DNA from: Tubulanus polymorphus
Lineage: Eukaryota; Animalia; Nemertea
DNA length: 64,000 nt
NCBI RefSeq assembly: GCF_964204645.1
Contig: NC_134032.1
Span: 4,426,175 to 4,490,174, forward strand
Direction of reading: 5' to 3'
Shown: positions 21,433-31,171 of the stretch, piece by piece
Numbering within the stretch: the first letter of the stretch is position 1
How the letters are laid out: the number at the start of each line of letters is the position of its first letter
Position numbers and translations under genes: made by a program
Notes under the pieces: model-generated
Seen by the model: only the letters and a program-made list of their open reading frames with translations
Told to the model about the DNA's origin: nothing
Databases searched by the model: none

Positions 21433-21867
21433 TTAATAATTAACTAATTCTTTTAATAATTTATCTTGTTCTTCAACTGTTATATGACCATTTAAACTTA
21501 TTATATAATCTAGTGTATTCTCTAATTTATTAATTTCTTTTATATTAGTTTTAATTTTTTCTTTATTACTTTTTATATTTAATTTTGAACTTATACCAGT
21601 TAAAACACTTGAACTTAATCCTAATACACCAATTGATATAGCTAAAGGTGTTAATGGACTGAATATTGCTAAAAATGTTATTACAGAACTAATTGTAACC
21701 GAACCACTTATAATCAAATAATATATAATTTTACTTTTTAAATATTTTTTCTTTTTTATCTTTAAGTCACTTTCAAATTCTAATATTTGTTTTTCTAAAT
21801 ATGTTTTTAATTTAGTTTTATTTATATCATGAGGAATAATATCAATACTATCAACTTTATCTTCCAT
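21433..21867 (-). CDS. Two-TM membrane protein (144 aa), copy A
   Basis: Two hydrophobic helices between coiled-coil segments; near-identical to 31611-32024. Confidence 0.8.
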   Translation of the reverse strand: MEDKVDSIDIIPHDINKTKLKTYLEKQILEFESDLKIKKKKYLKSKIIYYLIISGSVTISSVITFLAIFSPLTPLAISIGVLGLSSSVLTGISSKLNIKSNKEKIKTNIKEINKLENTLDYIISLNGHITVEEQDKLLKELVNY

Positions 21868-21883
21868 TTATTTAGAATAAAAA

Positions 21884-22309
21884 TTACTTATTAGTAAACT
21901 TATAAGCAACAAATATAACAATAACTGTTCCACCTAAAATCCATATTTTTTCATATTTCTGTTGTTCTTTACTTGGGGTATAATAATCTGATAATTTAGG
22001 TTTGTATAGATGTAATTTTTCTTTATTGGTTACCGCGTTATATAAACTCATTGCATCATCAACTGATTGAAAATCTCTATGTGAAATCTTCTGATCATAT
22101 AATTCTTTATTGATGTAAACCATATAGTTTTGTCTCTTTTCTCTATATTCTTCTGCAGCTTTATTGTATTTCTCTAACGCTAAGTTATGTCTTCTTTGTT
22201 CTCCTAATGAACTATTTTTATCAATATGTTTAAATAAATATCCACCACCAGTAAATGCCAAAGCGTTAACAATTGCCGATCCTATAATAGTTATAATTGC
22301 AGAAGCCAT
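21884..22309 (-). CDS. Conserved small protein with hydrophobic N-terminus, coiled coil and C-terminal TM (141 aa), copy A
   Basis: MASAIITIIGSAIVNALAFTGGGYLF..EQRRHNLALEKY; near-identical to 31169-31591. Confidence 0.8.
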   Translation of the reverse strand: MASAIITIIGSAIVNALAFTGGGYLFKHIDKNSSLGEQRRHNLALEKYNKAAEEYREKRQNYMVYINKELYDQKISHRDFQSVDDAMSLYNAVTNKEKLHLYKPKLSDYYTPSKEQQKYEKIWILGGTVIVIFVAYKFTNK

Positions 22310-22334
22310 TTATTTAACAAAAAAATTATTGCAT

Positions 22335-22556
22335 TTATATGGGAGGAATATATTTTTGTTTTTCCAAATAATCAATAGTTAAATTAGATAAAGTAACTGC
22401 TAATGTTAACATTAAAATATCATTTATATCAAATCTATCAACATTAACACTTCCCATTTTGAATACTTTTTTTAATACCATTGAATAACCAACCGTTCCA
22501 ACTGATAGTAATGCTCCATTATATAATCCAGTTATTATCCACTTATTATCACTCAT
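22335..22556 (-). CDS. Small hydrophobic protein (73 aa), copy A
   Basis: One aa difference from 30923-31144; TAAATG start. Confidence 0.75.
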   Translation of the reverse strand: MSDNKWIITGLYNGALLSVGTVGYSMVLKKVFKMGSVNVDRFDINDILMLTLAVTLSNLTIDYLEKQKYIPPI

Positions 22557-22559
22557 TTA

Positions 22560-22913
22560 TTAATCAAAAAAATTACTATCTTCAAAATATTTAGTTATCT
22601 TATTTATGATTAATTCAACATTTATTTTATTACTAGTTTCATTTGTATATATTTCAATTATTATTTTTTTAATATCATCGATGATAAAATCCTCATCTAA
22701 TTCATAAAATCTTAAAGATTCTCTAATTAAATTAGTAATCTTTTCTACATTTAAAGTTTCTTTATCTATTGTTGTTTCATACTCAAATGTTGTTTCATTA
22801 GAAAATGCAATATTTTTGATATGTGTTATTACATCATTAATGTTAAATTTCATTTCTTTCTCACGTTTAAAATCAAATCCAAAACATATACTCGGTCCAA
22901 CAGTTATATTCAT
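22560..22913 (-). CDS. Acidic hypothetical protein (117 aa), copy A
   Basis: Near-identical to 30566-30922; TAAATG start. Confidence 0.75.
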   Translation of the reverse strand: MNITVGPSICFGFDFKREKEMKFNINDVITHIKNIAFSNETTFEYETTIDKETLNVEKITNLIRESLRFYELDEDFIIDDIKKIIIEIYTNETSNKINVELIINKITKYFEDSNFFD

Positions 22914-22929
22914 TTATATAGGTGAAAAA

Positions 22930-23682
22930 TTACTCTTTACATCTTATAACTAATTCATAAATTACAGGAAAGTTATTCAAATCAATTGAATAACCATTAT
23001 GATTTCTTATTTCTAATTTAAAATTATTGAAATGTGGAATACAAGGTTTAAAATCACATTCAGCTAAATTATAATTTATTTGCGTTCCAAATTGTTTGAC
23101 ATTTTTTAATGGTAAAATATTTAATAAACCAGAATTACAAATTGTATCTTTAGTTGCTTCAAATGTTTTTGTTGGGTCAATTAAATTGCAATAAATATAA
23201 AAATGTGTAAAAGGTATTAAGTTTGATTTACCTTCTGCGTATGCTGTAACAATATCTGGGTTAATTCCTAACAGTTTACCTAAAGGTTTTCTTACTGTAA
23301 ATTTAAATTGTTCGTCTAACCTAATCTTTATTTTATTAGAACTAGCACTTTTTAAAATTCTAATACTAAATCCAGAATCACTTCCTAATTTAGCTCGAGC
23401 TTTTCTATTAATTTCTTGTGCTAATGTATCTAAATTATATAATCCTGGTTTTAAATATATAAAAAACCATTTATTCCTTTTTTTATAAAAGATTGAAAAA
23501 ATTAAATGTTCAAGACTTTTATCCGTTACATTGTAAAAAGAATTACATAAACTTATATTTACTAATTTTAAATCTACACAATTCTTAAATTCTCTATCTA
23601 ATTGTACTAGTAAATTATGTGATTTATAATTTGTAAGTTTTCTAGAATCAACAAATATTCTGTATTCTTTTAATTCTAACAT
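22930..23682 (-). CDS. Putative minor capsid protein (penton, single jelly-roll), copy A
   Basis: IFVDSR..L.REFKNCVDLKL..NSFYNV, GLY, FYIYCNLI, LNILP and IRNHNGYSIDLNN..YELVI match the Polinton/virophage penton pattern. Confidence 0.8.
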   Translation of the reverse strand: MLELKEYRIFVDSRKLTNYKSHNLLVQLDREFKNCVDLKLVNISLCNSFYNVTDKSLEHLIFSIFYKKRNKWFFIYLKPGLYNLDTLAQEINRKARAKLGSDSGFSIRILKSASSNKIKIRLDEQFKFTVRKPLGKLLGINPDIVTAYAEGKSNLIPFTHFYIYCNLIDPTKTFEATKDTICNSGLLNILPLKNVKQFGTQINYNLAECDFKPCIPHFNNFKLEIRNHNGYSIDLNNFPVIYELVIRCKE

Positions 23683-23750
23683 TATTTATAACATAAAAAA
23701 ATTACCGCTCATCACTAAAAATTAATTTTAATAAAATTTTTCCTAAATAA

Positions 23751-24974
23751 ATGGATGAGAAGATAGCATGTGAAATTTGTGGTGAACTTCTAAGAAAAAG
23801 TAATAAGGCTCGACATATGAAAAAACATGATGAAAATTATAAACCCCCTAAAATAAACTGTCCAAAATGTAATAAATTATTCTCAAGAAATTATGTTAAA
23901 AAACATTCGGAGAAGTGTAGAATTAATGGCGCAATGGCTAATGTTGATAGTAATTCTGCTGAAGTTGAACCTGAAGTTATTTGGAAAAGACCTTTCTTAT
24001 TCTATGATAAGGATAATATAAAAGATCATTTCTGTGAGCCTTGTCGAATGAAATATAGCCCTGAAAATACAGAAGATTGGGAGAATCATCAATTTCGTAA
24101 AGCACATATAGATACAATTTCTAATAAATTTGAAACTGAATTCAATGAAAGAAAAGATAATTTATTAGAAAAAATAAAATATGAGAAAACGTTACCAGAT
24201 AATAAAGAAACAGTTGAAAAGTTAGAAAAACAATATAATGAATTAACAAGAAAAACATATTATTGTAAATATTGTAAATTGATTATTACAACAAGTAATT
24301 CAAATCTACATAATAGAACAATAAAACATAAAGAAAACGTAAGAAAATACCAAGAGCTTAATGAAGATCTATTACCAAGCTATGATAGAAAAAAATGCCC
24401 ACAATGTATTTATGAGTACTTAAGACAAGAAGGTCCTGTGATATTTTGTAATGAATGTGGATGGCAAAAGAATTTATTAGGTGAAGAAAAAACTAGAGAT
24501 TTTCTCATAGATCCAAAATTAAATTATCTTGATGAAATTTTTAAAATATTTTCTATAGAAGATCATACACCAGAATATATGCAATGGCTTGAAAAAATGA
24601 AAATAATAGAAAATGAAAATGGTGAAATAACTAAAAAAGATATTATAAAAACAATTATTCCATCAACATTTAACACAAAACAAAAGAAAATGTATTTATA
24701 TTTATTATTTAACGATTATTATGAAAAACCTAAATTAACAGAAGAAGATATGAAAAATATAAAAAAAATATTCAAACAAATATTAATGTATCATTTGGAA
24801 AATAGAATAACAGATTCAATAAATTATGAATTCTTTTTAAATAAGATTGTAAATTATTTAAACCTAGATATTATAATTCCATTTGATGAATTAACAGTAA
24901 TAGGGATAATGGGCTTTCAGGCTAAAGGTCGAACGGTCGAGCCCATTAAAAAACAAAATATTAAAAGTAATTAA
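23751..24974 (+). CDS. Multi-zinc-finger protein with C-terminal VLTF3 (poxvirus A2)-like region; 3' end replaced by hairpin sequence
   Basis: Several C2H2/C2HC fingers, then CPQC..FCNECG, PKLTEEDMKNIKKIFKQI and SINYEFFLNKIVNYL, resembling VLTF3-family motifs. The last 26 codons read into the repeat starting at 24896. Confidence 0.6.
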   Translation: MDEKIACEICGELLRKSNKARHMKKHDENYKPPKINCPKCNKLFSRNYVKKHSEKCRINGAMANVDSNSAEVEPEVIWKRPFLFYDKDNIKDHFCEPCRMKYSPENTEDWENHQFRKAHIDTISNKFETEFNERKDNLLEKIKYEKTLPDNKETVEKLEKQYNELTRKTYYCKYCKLIITTSNSNLHNRTIKHKENVRKYQELNEDLLPSYDRKKCPQCIYEYLRQEGPVIFCNECGWQKNLLGEEKTRDFLIDPKLNYLDEIFKIFSIEDHTPEYMQWLEKMKIIENENGEITKKDIIKTIIPSTFNTKQKKMYLYLLFNDYYEKPKLTEEDMKNIKKIFKQILMYHLENRITDSINYEFFLNKIVNYLNLDIIIPFDELTVIGIMGFQAKGRTVEPIKKQNIKSN

Positions 24975-25301
24975 AAAACTATAATATATTTTCATAACCG
25001 CGTGCATTTTATATTAAAACTAAATATTTATTCTAAGATATTAATAATATAAAAAGCATATTGTATTAAATCAATTGGTCGCTCCGCTTCGCTACCGCTA
25101 CGCTCCGCGACCAATTGATTTAATTACAATACACAAATTCAAATAATTAAATATATTCAAATGATAATAATTATTCTATTGTTTAACTGAAATGCACGCG
25201 GTTATGAAAATATATTATAGTTTTTTAATTACTTTTAATATATGTTATTAATGAACTCGATCATTAAACCTTTAACCCGAAAGCCCATTACCCCTATTAC
25301 T
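24896..25301. other. 406-bp imperfect fold-back palindrome at the presumed left terminus of element B
   Basis: AGTAATAGGG...CCCTATTACT ends, about 50-bp perfect stem (24959-25009 / 25190-25240), inner stem AATCAATTGGTCGC/GCGACCAATTGATT, and five CGCT repeats across the apex. Confidence 0.92.
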
Positions 25302-25380
25302 CTTAAAATATTCACATATATGAATAAAATATAAATCATTGAACTTCTAAAATCAATTTAATAAAAAATATAGTATTAAA

Positions 25381-28300
25381 ATGGAAGCAAATAAATACTA
25401 CTGCCCAACATGTAATATCGATATAGACAAGTCTCAAAAAGCAAGACACAATAAAACTATAACACATTTAGAGAATAAATTGAAACTAGAATATAAGGAT
25501 GATATATTAGAAACTAAATTAGAAGAATTAAAGAATGAAAAGGAAACATACAAATGTGATACATGTAATCAATCATTCAGTGATAAAAGATATTATAAAG
25601 AACATTTAAAATCTATAAGTCATATTAGAAATAAGAATAATGATATTTTAGGTGAAGATTATTTTGATAATGATAACGATAAGAAACAGAAGACAATTAA
25701 AAGAATAAAAAATAAATTAAACAATAAAAGACCATATATGGAAGATGTAAGAAATTATATTAATTCATTAGATAATAAAAAAGATATAGAGATAACCGAA
25801 GCATTTGATATTGGTCCAGCAGCTATCGAGTTTAAATTTCATAAAGGAAAAACATTAGAAGAAAATAAAAAATATTTAGAAAATATGAAAGAAATAATAA
25901 AAATAATTACAGATGTTGAATATCCTAAAATTAGTATATCAGTTAAAGTAAAGTTTATAAAATCTGAAGATAAACCAATATATAATATAAATTCTCATTC
26001 ACAACATATTATATCTAAACAACATATAGATGATAAATTAAATAAATGTTATAATGAAATAAAAACTAAAATAGAAGAGAAATATTTTGAAGGATCTGGT
26101 TTAATATTTGATGAGATAATATTTATAACTTTACATGTTTATAACACAAAATATAATAAGTTAACTAAATCAAAACCAATTGATGAAAATAATGTATCAT
26201 ATTATAAAGATGATAGTATAAATGGAACAAGTTATATTAAACTACCATTTAAAACTAATGGTGTAATAAATGTACAAAATGAAGATGATAAATGTTTTCT
26301 ATTGGCTATAATAAGTTGTTTACACCCAGTTGAAGATTATAATAAACATACTTATAGATTAACTCATTATAAACCATTTGAAAATAATTATAAGATAGAT
26401 AAATATCCTGTTAGAATTAAAAATATTCCAAAAATAGAAAGAGATAATAATATTAAAATAAATGTATTTGATTTAATTAAATTACCAAATACAAAAGGAA
26501 ATAATATTAAACATTATACATTAGAACCTTTATACCTATCAAAAGATTATGATTCAAATAATGTTATAGATATACTATATTATGAAAATCATTACATGTG
26601 GATTAAACAAATCGATTTATTTTTCAAATCAGAAAATGATCACCATAAAATATATCTATGTAGAAAATGTTTACATAGATTCAGTAATGAAAGTACATTA
26701 TTAAATCATAAACAACTATGTGATAATCATGATTATTGTAAATTAGTTTTACCAAATGAAAAAGATAAAATATTAGAATTCAAAAAATATGATTACAAAA
26801 ATAAAGTACCATTTGTAATATATGGAGATTTTGAATCATTAAATAAAGAATTAACAGATAAAGATAGAAAAGATATATATTATAAAAGAAAGAAATTAAA
26901 TTCTAATGAAAGTGATTATTCAGAAGAACCACCAAAAACAAATACTATTAAAAAGATTCATCAATTAGCTGCAGCTTTCGGGTTATATATAAAATCTGAT
27001 TATCCAGAACTAATTGAAAGTGAATATTATCATTATAGAAATGAAAATGTTATCAATCATTTTTGTGACTTATTAATTGAATATGAAATAAGATTTAGTA
27101 AATTATTGAATACAAATAAAGAAATAATTATGACAGAAGAAGATAAAGAAGTATTTGAGTTTGCAGATAAATGTTATTATTGTGAAAAGATATTTAATTA
27201 TAAAGATAAAAAAGTAAGAGACCATGATCATTTGAATGGTAAATTTAGAGGTGCTGCACATGAGAATTGTAACTTACAAGCTAAGAAAATTAACTTTGTA
27301 CCAGTTATATTTCATAACCTATCAGGATATGATGCACATTTATTTATCAAAAAACTGTGTCATAAAATAGAAGAAATTAATAATGAAATAGAAAGATTAA
27401 ATTCAAATAGATCAAAAGATAAAATACCAACTTATAAATTTAGAATGTTAGCTAAAACATCTGAGAATTATATATCATTCCAATTTGGTTGTCTAAGATT
27501 TATAGATTCATATAGATTTTTAAATAGTTCATTAGATAACTTATCAAAATCATTAGTTGATGATGAATTAAAGATATTAAAAGAATATTACCCAAATTAT
27601 GATGATTTTAAATTAATGAGATATAAAGGTGCAATTCCATATTCTTTCTATAAAAATCATAATGATTTTAAAATAACTGAATTATTGAAAGAACAATTTA
27701 ATGATGAATTAAAAAATGAATATGTTAAAGATGAAGTCTATAATAGAACATTGAATATTTGGAATCATTTCGAAATTAAAAATCATGGACAATTAGTAGA
27801 TTTATATTTAAAATCAGATGTATTATTATTAACCGATATATTCGAAAGGTTTAGAGATGTAAACCTAAAATATTTCAATATTGATCCTTGTCATTGTTAT
27901 TCATCACCAGGATTAACATGGGATTGTGGATTAAAATTTACAAATATAAAAATGGATTTGTTAACAAATATAGATCAATTACTATTATTTGAAAAATCTA
28001 TAAGAGGAGGTGTTTCAGGTGTATTGGGTGATAGATATTTCAATGTAAATGATAATCCTGGATATAAATTATTATACATAGATGCAAATAATCTTTATGG
28101 TTGGGCAATGATGGAACCACAACCTTATGGGATGTTTGAAATAACTGAAGTTTTACAAATTGATAAATTTGATTGGAAGAAAAGAATCCTAGATATTGCA
28201 GATGATTCAGATATTGGTTACTTCTTTGTTGTAGATTTAGAATACCCTGAAAATATTAAATTCAAATCTAGAAATCTAGCATATTGTCCCGAACATAAAA

Positions 28301-29406
28301 CTGTTAAACATGAAGAATTATCAAATTATCAAAAAAGAATTAAACCCGATAATCATATTCATACTGAAAAGTTAATGGTAACTCAAGAAGATAAATATAA
28401 TTATGTAGTACATTATAGAATGTTGAAGTTTTATTTGAATCAAGGAATGATATTAAAAAAAGTACATAGATATATTTCATTTAATCAATCTAAGTGGTTA
28501 GAAAAATATATAGATTTTAATACTACACAGAGAACTAAATCTAAAACTGATTTTGAGAAGGATTTTTTTAAGTTAATGAATAATGCATTTTATGGTAAGA
28601 CTTGTGAAAACATAAGAAATAGAAGTGATATTGAGTTAGTTAGTAATGGTAAAAGAATTAGACATTTACAATCGTATCCGAAATTCATAGGTAACAGAAT
28701 ATTTGATGAAAATTTAGCAGCAGTTAAAATGAGAAGAACTTCTATGAAGTTCAATAAACCTATTTATGTTGGTGCATCGGTTTTAGAATTATCAAAGTTA
28801 TTAATGTATAAATTTTACTATAACATATTACAACCCCATTTTGGAGAAAAACATATAGAAATCTTATATCTAGATACAGATTCTTACATATTAAAGATAA
28901 AAAGTGATAACATAACAAAAGACTTAAAAATATTAAAACACCATTTTGATTTCAGTAACTATCCTAAAGATCATGAATTGTTTAGCAATGATAATAAAAA
29001 AGTTCCTGGGAAGTTTAAGGATGAATTAGGCGGTGAAGAAATGATAGAGTTCATTGGTATTAGATCTAAAATGTATTCATATAAAACTAAAGAACATGAA
29101 GCTAAAAAGTTAAAAGGAATAACCAAAAGTGTAGTAGAAAAGAATATTCATTTCAAAGATTACATCAATTGTATATTTAATGAAGAAGTTAGAAAACATA
29201 AAATGAAATGTTTAAGATCTGAAGATCATGAAATGTATATTGAAGAGATAGAGAAGATAAGTCTAAACCCATTTGATGATAAAAGATATATTTTAGATGA
29301 TGGAATCCACACAGTCGCCTATGGTTGTAATTTAGATGAATATATAAAATTCAAAAGAGAAGAAACAAAAGAAAATGAGATTATGAAAAGGATTCTAGCG
29401 TGTTAA
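25381..29406 (+). CDS. polB: Protein-primed family B DNA polymerase (pPolB), intact 1341 aa, with Zn fingers, vOTU-like protease region and endonuclease VII/HNH insert
   Basis: Exonuclease motifs YGDFES, FHNLSGYD, FIDS and YLKSDV; polymerase motifs YIDANNLYG, KLMNNAFYGK, YLDTDS and KMYSY..KLKGI. Also DDKCFLLAI..HYMWIK and CYYC..VRDHDHLNGKFRGAAHENCN. Confidence 0.97.
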   Translation: MEANKYYCPTCNIDIDKSQKARHNKTITHLENKLKLEYKDDILETKLEELKNEKETYKCDTCNQSFSDKRYYKEHLKSISHIRNKNNDILGEDYFDNDNDKKQKTIKRIKNKLNNKRPYMEDVRNYINSLDNKKDIEITEAFDIGPAAIEFKFHKGKTLEENKKYLENMKEIIKIITDVEYPKISISVKVKFIKSEDKPIYNINSHSQHIISKQHIDDKLNKCYNEIKTKIEEKYFEGSGLIFDEIIFITLHVYNTKYNKLTKSKPIDENNVSYYKDDSINGTSYIKLPFKTNGVINVQNEDDKCFLLAIISCLHPVEDYNKHTYRLTHYKPFENNYKIDKYPVRIKNIPKIERDNNIKINVFDLIKLPNTKGNNIKHYTLEPLYLSKDYDSNNVIDILYYENHYMWIKQIDLFFKSENDHHKIYLCRKCLHRFSNESTLLNHKQLCDNHDYCKLVLPNEKDKILEFKKYDYKNKVPFVIYGDFESLNKELTDKDRKDIYYKRKKLNSNESDYSEEPPKTNTIKKIHQLAAAFGLYIKSDYPELIESEYYHYRNENVINHFCDLLIEYEIRFSKLLNTNKEIIMTEEDKEVFEFADKCYYCEKIFNYKDKKVRDHDHLNGKFRGAAHENCNLQAKKINFVPVIFHNLSGYDAHLFIKKLCHKIEEINNEIERLNSNRSKDKIPTYKFRMLAKTSENYISFQFGCLRFIDSYRFLNSSLDNLSKSLVDDELKILKEYYPNYDDFKLMRYKGAIPYSFYKNHNDFKITELLKEQFNDELKNEYVKDEVYNRTLNIWNHFEIKNHGQLVDLYLKSDVLLLTDIFERFRDVNLKYFNIDPCHCYSSPGLTWDCGLKFTNIKMDLLTNIDQLLLFEKSIRGGVSGVLGDRYFNVNDNPGYKLLYIDANNLYGWAMMEPQPYGMFEITEVLQIDKFDWKKRILDIADDSDIGYFFVVDLEYPENIKFKSRNLAYCPEHKTVKHEELSNYQKRIKPDNHIHTEKLMVTQEDKYNYVVHYRMLKFYLNQGMILKKVHRYISFNQSKWLEKYIDFNTTQRTKSKTDFEKDFFKLMNNAFYGKTCENIRNRSDIELVSNGKRIRHLQSYPKFIGNRIFDENLAAVKMRRTSMKFNKPIYVGASVLELSKLLMYKFYYNILQPHFGEKHIEILYLDTDSYILKIKSDNITKDLKILKHHFDFSNYPKDHELFSNDNKKVPGKFKDELGGEEMIEFIGIRSKMYSYKTKEHEAKKLKGITKSVVEKNIHFKDYINCIFNEEVRKHKMKCLRSEDHEMYIEEIEKISLNPFDDKRYILDDGIHTVAYGCNLDEYIKFKREETKENEIMKRILAC

Positions 29407-29434
29407 TAAATTTCAATAAAAATTTGTATAATAA

Positions 29435-29776
29435 ATGGAGAGCAAACAAGTACACAATGAATTCTTAGATAGAATTAAAGATACCACAAATGTAAAATCT
29501 GTAGATTATAAATTCAAAAAACTAACTGAGTTAACAATTCACAAGAAATATTTAATTACAAATATTGTTACAGTTACTAACAAATATGGAGATAAATTAG
29601 TAATTCATTTAGAATATGAAGGATTAAAAGGAAATACACATAAATTCAGAACTTATTTACCAGATAGATTTCATAGATTATCAAGTGAAGATCTAGAAGA
29701 ATTATGTTCTGGAGATTTCTATTTCGTATATAAAGGTAAGAATAAAAAAGGGCACCATGAAATAGATTTCGAATAA
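29435..29776 (+). CDS. Small beta-rich protein (113 aa), possible OB-fold/ssDNA-binding
   Basis: Paralog at 6454; TAAATG start; adjacent to pPolB. The fold is an inference. Confidence 0.7.
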   Translation: MESKQVHNEFLDRIKDTTNVKSVDYKFKKLTELTIHKKYLITNIVTVTNKYGDKLVIHLEYEGLKGNTHKFRTYLPDRFHRLSSEDLEELCSGDFYFVYKGKNKKGHHEIDFE

Positions 29777-29793
29777 GAAAATATGTAAAATAA

Positions 29794-30549
29794 ATGGTAG
29801 AATTAAAAGAATATAGAATATATGTTGATTCTAGAAAACTTACAAATTATAAATCACATAATTTACTAGTACAATTAGATAGAGAATTCAAGAATTGTGT
29901 AGATTTAAAATTAGTAAATATAAGTTTATGTAATTCTTTTTATAATATATCGGATAAAAGTTTTGATCATAGATTGTTTATGATTCATGATAGAAATATG
30001 GATAAATGGTATCATCTATTTCTAAGACCAGGATTATATAATTTAGATACATTAGCACAAGAAATTAATAGAAGAGCTCGGTTAAAAGTGGGTGAATCTG
30101 TTGGGTTTAACATTAAATTTAATAAAATCGATAGTACTAATAAAATAAGAATAAAGTTAACTAATGAACAATATAAATTCATAGTAAGAAAACCATTAGC
30201 TAAAATGCTAGGAGTTAATCCAAATAAAGTTTATTCAAATGTTGATACTACACCAAATATAATACCTTTTACGCACTTCTATATTTATTGTAATTTAATT
30301 GATCCTACAAAAACATTCGAAGCAACTAAAGATACAATTTGTAATTCTAGTATACTAAATATTTTACCGCTAAAAAATGTTAAACAATTTGGAACTCAAA
30401 TAAATTATAATTTAACAGAATGTGATTTTAAACCTTGCATTCCTAAACTTAATAATTTTAAATTAGAAATAAGAAATCATATTGGATACTTAATTGATTT
30501 AAATAACTTTCCTGTGATATATGAATTAGTTATAAGATGTAGAGAGTAA
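29794..30549 (+). CDS. Putative minor capsid protein (penton), copy B
   Basis: Same motifs as 22930-23682. Confidence 0.8.
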   Translation: MVELKEYRIYVDSRKLTNYKSHNLLVQLDREFKNCVDLKLVNISLCNSFYNISDKSFDHRLFMIHDRNMDKWYHLFLRPGLYNLDTLAQEINRRARLKVGESVGFNIKFNKIDSTNKIRIKLTNEQYKFIVRKPLAKMLGVNPNKVYSNVDTTPNIIPFTHFYIYCNLIDPTKTFEATKDTICNSSILNILPLKNVKQFGTQINYNLTECDFKPCIPKLNNFKLEIRNHIGYLIDLNNFPVIYELVIRCRE

Positions 30550-30565
30550 TTTTTTTGATATATAA

Positions 30566-30922
30566 ATGAATATAACTGTTGGACCGAGTATATGTTTTGG
30601 ATTTGATTTTAAACGCGAGAAAGAAATGAAATTTAACATTAATGATGTAATTACACATATAAAAAATGTTGTATTTTCTAATGAAACAACATTTGAGTAT
30701 GAAACAACAATAGATAAAGAAACTTTAAATGTAGAAAAGATTACTAATTTAATTAGAGAATCTTTAAGATTTTATGAATTAGATGAAGATTTTATCATCG
30801 ATGATATTAAAAAAATAATAATTGAAATATATACAAATGAAACTAGTAATGAAATAAATGTTGAATTAATCATAAATAAGTTAACTAAATATTTTGATGA
30901 TAGTAATTTTTTTGATAAATAA
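30566..30922 (+). CDS. Acidic hypothetical protein (118 aa), copy B
   Basis: Conserved with 22560-22913; stop abuts the next ATG. Confidence 0.75.
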   Translation: MNITVGPSICFGFDFKREKEMKFNINDVITHIKNVVFSNETTFEYETTIDKETLNVEKITNLIRESLRFYELDEDFIIDDIKKIIIEIYTNETSNEINVELIINKLTKYFDDSNFFDK

Positions 30923-31144
30923 ATGAGTGATAATAAGTGGATAATAACTGGATTATATAATGGCGCATTACTATCAGTTGGAACTGTTGGTTATTCAATG
31001 GTATTAAAAAAAGTATTCAAAATGGGAAGTGTTAATGTTGACAGATTTGATATAAATGATATTTTAAAGTTAACATTAGCAGTTACTTTATCTAATTTAA
31101 CTATTGATTATTTGGAAAAGCAAAAATATATTCCTCCCATATAA
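30923..31144 (+). CDS. Small hydrophobic protein (73 aa), copy B
   Basis: Conserved with 22335-22556. Confidence 0.75.
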   Translation: MSDNKWIITGLYNGALLSVGTVGYSMVLKKVFKMGSVNVDRFDINDILKLTLAVTLSNLTIDYLEKQKYIPPI

Positions 31145-31151
31145 ATGCATA

Positions 31152-31171
31152 ATTTTTTTGTTAAATAAATG
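31152..31171 (+). promoter_or_regulatory. Representative poxvirus-late-like promoter: T7-GTTAAA-TAAATG (motif recurs at most element genes)
   Basis: Same T-run / 6-8 bp / TAAATG layout before 23751, 30566, 30923, 31611, 32062, 33380, 34969 and 6454, and before most minus-strand paralogs. Confidence 0.7.

Larger units (their letters stand above)
7480..24895 (-). mobile_element. Polinton/Maverick-like element A (interrupted by a Chapaev transposon; left boundary approximate)
   Basis: Co-oriented penton, MCP, integrase and ATPase genes. The ORF split at 14513 resumes at 9002. Very high AT content. Confidence 0.85.

Noticed and set aside
24891-25306. Treating the 406-bp palindrome as a TTAA-targeting MITE
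   Set aside because: TTAA lies one base outside each end, but the homologues at 3370 and 6374 lack it and the hairpin stays linked to the pPolB start. Not fully excluded.
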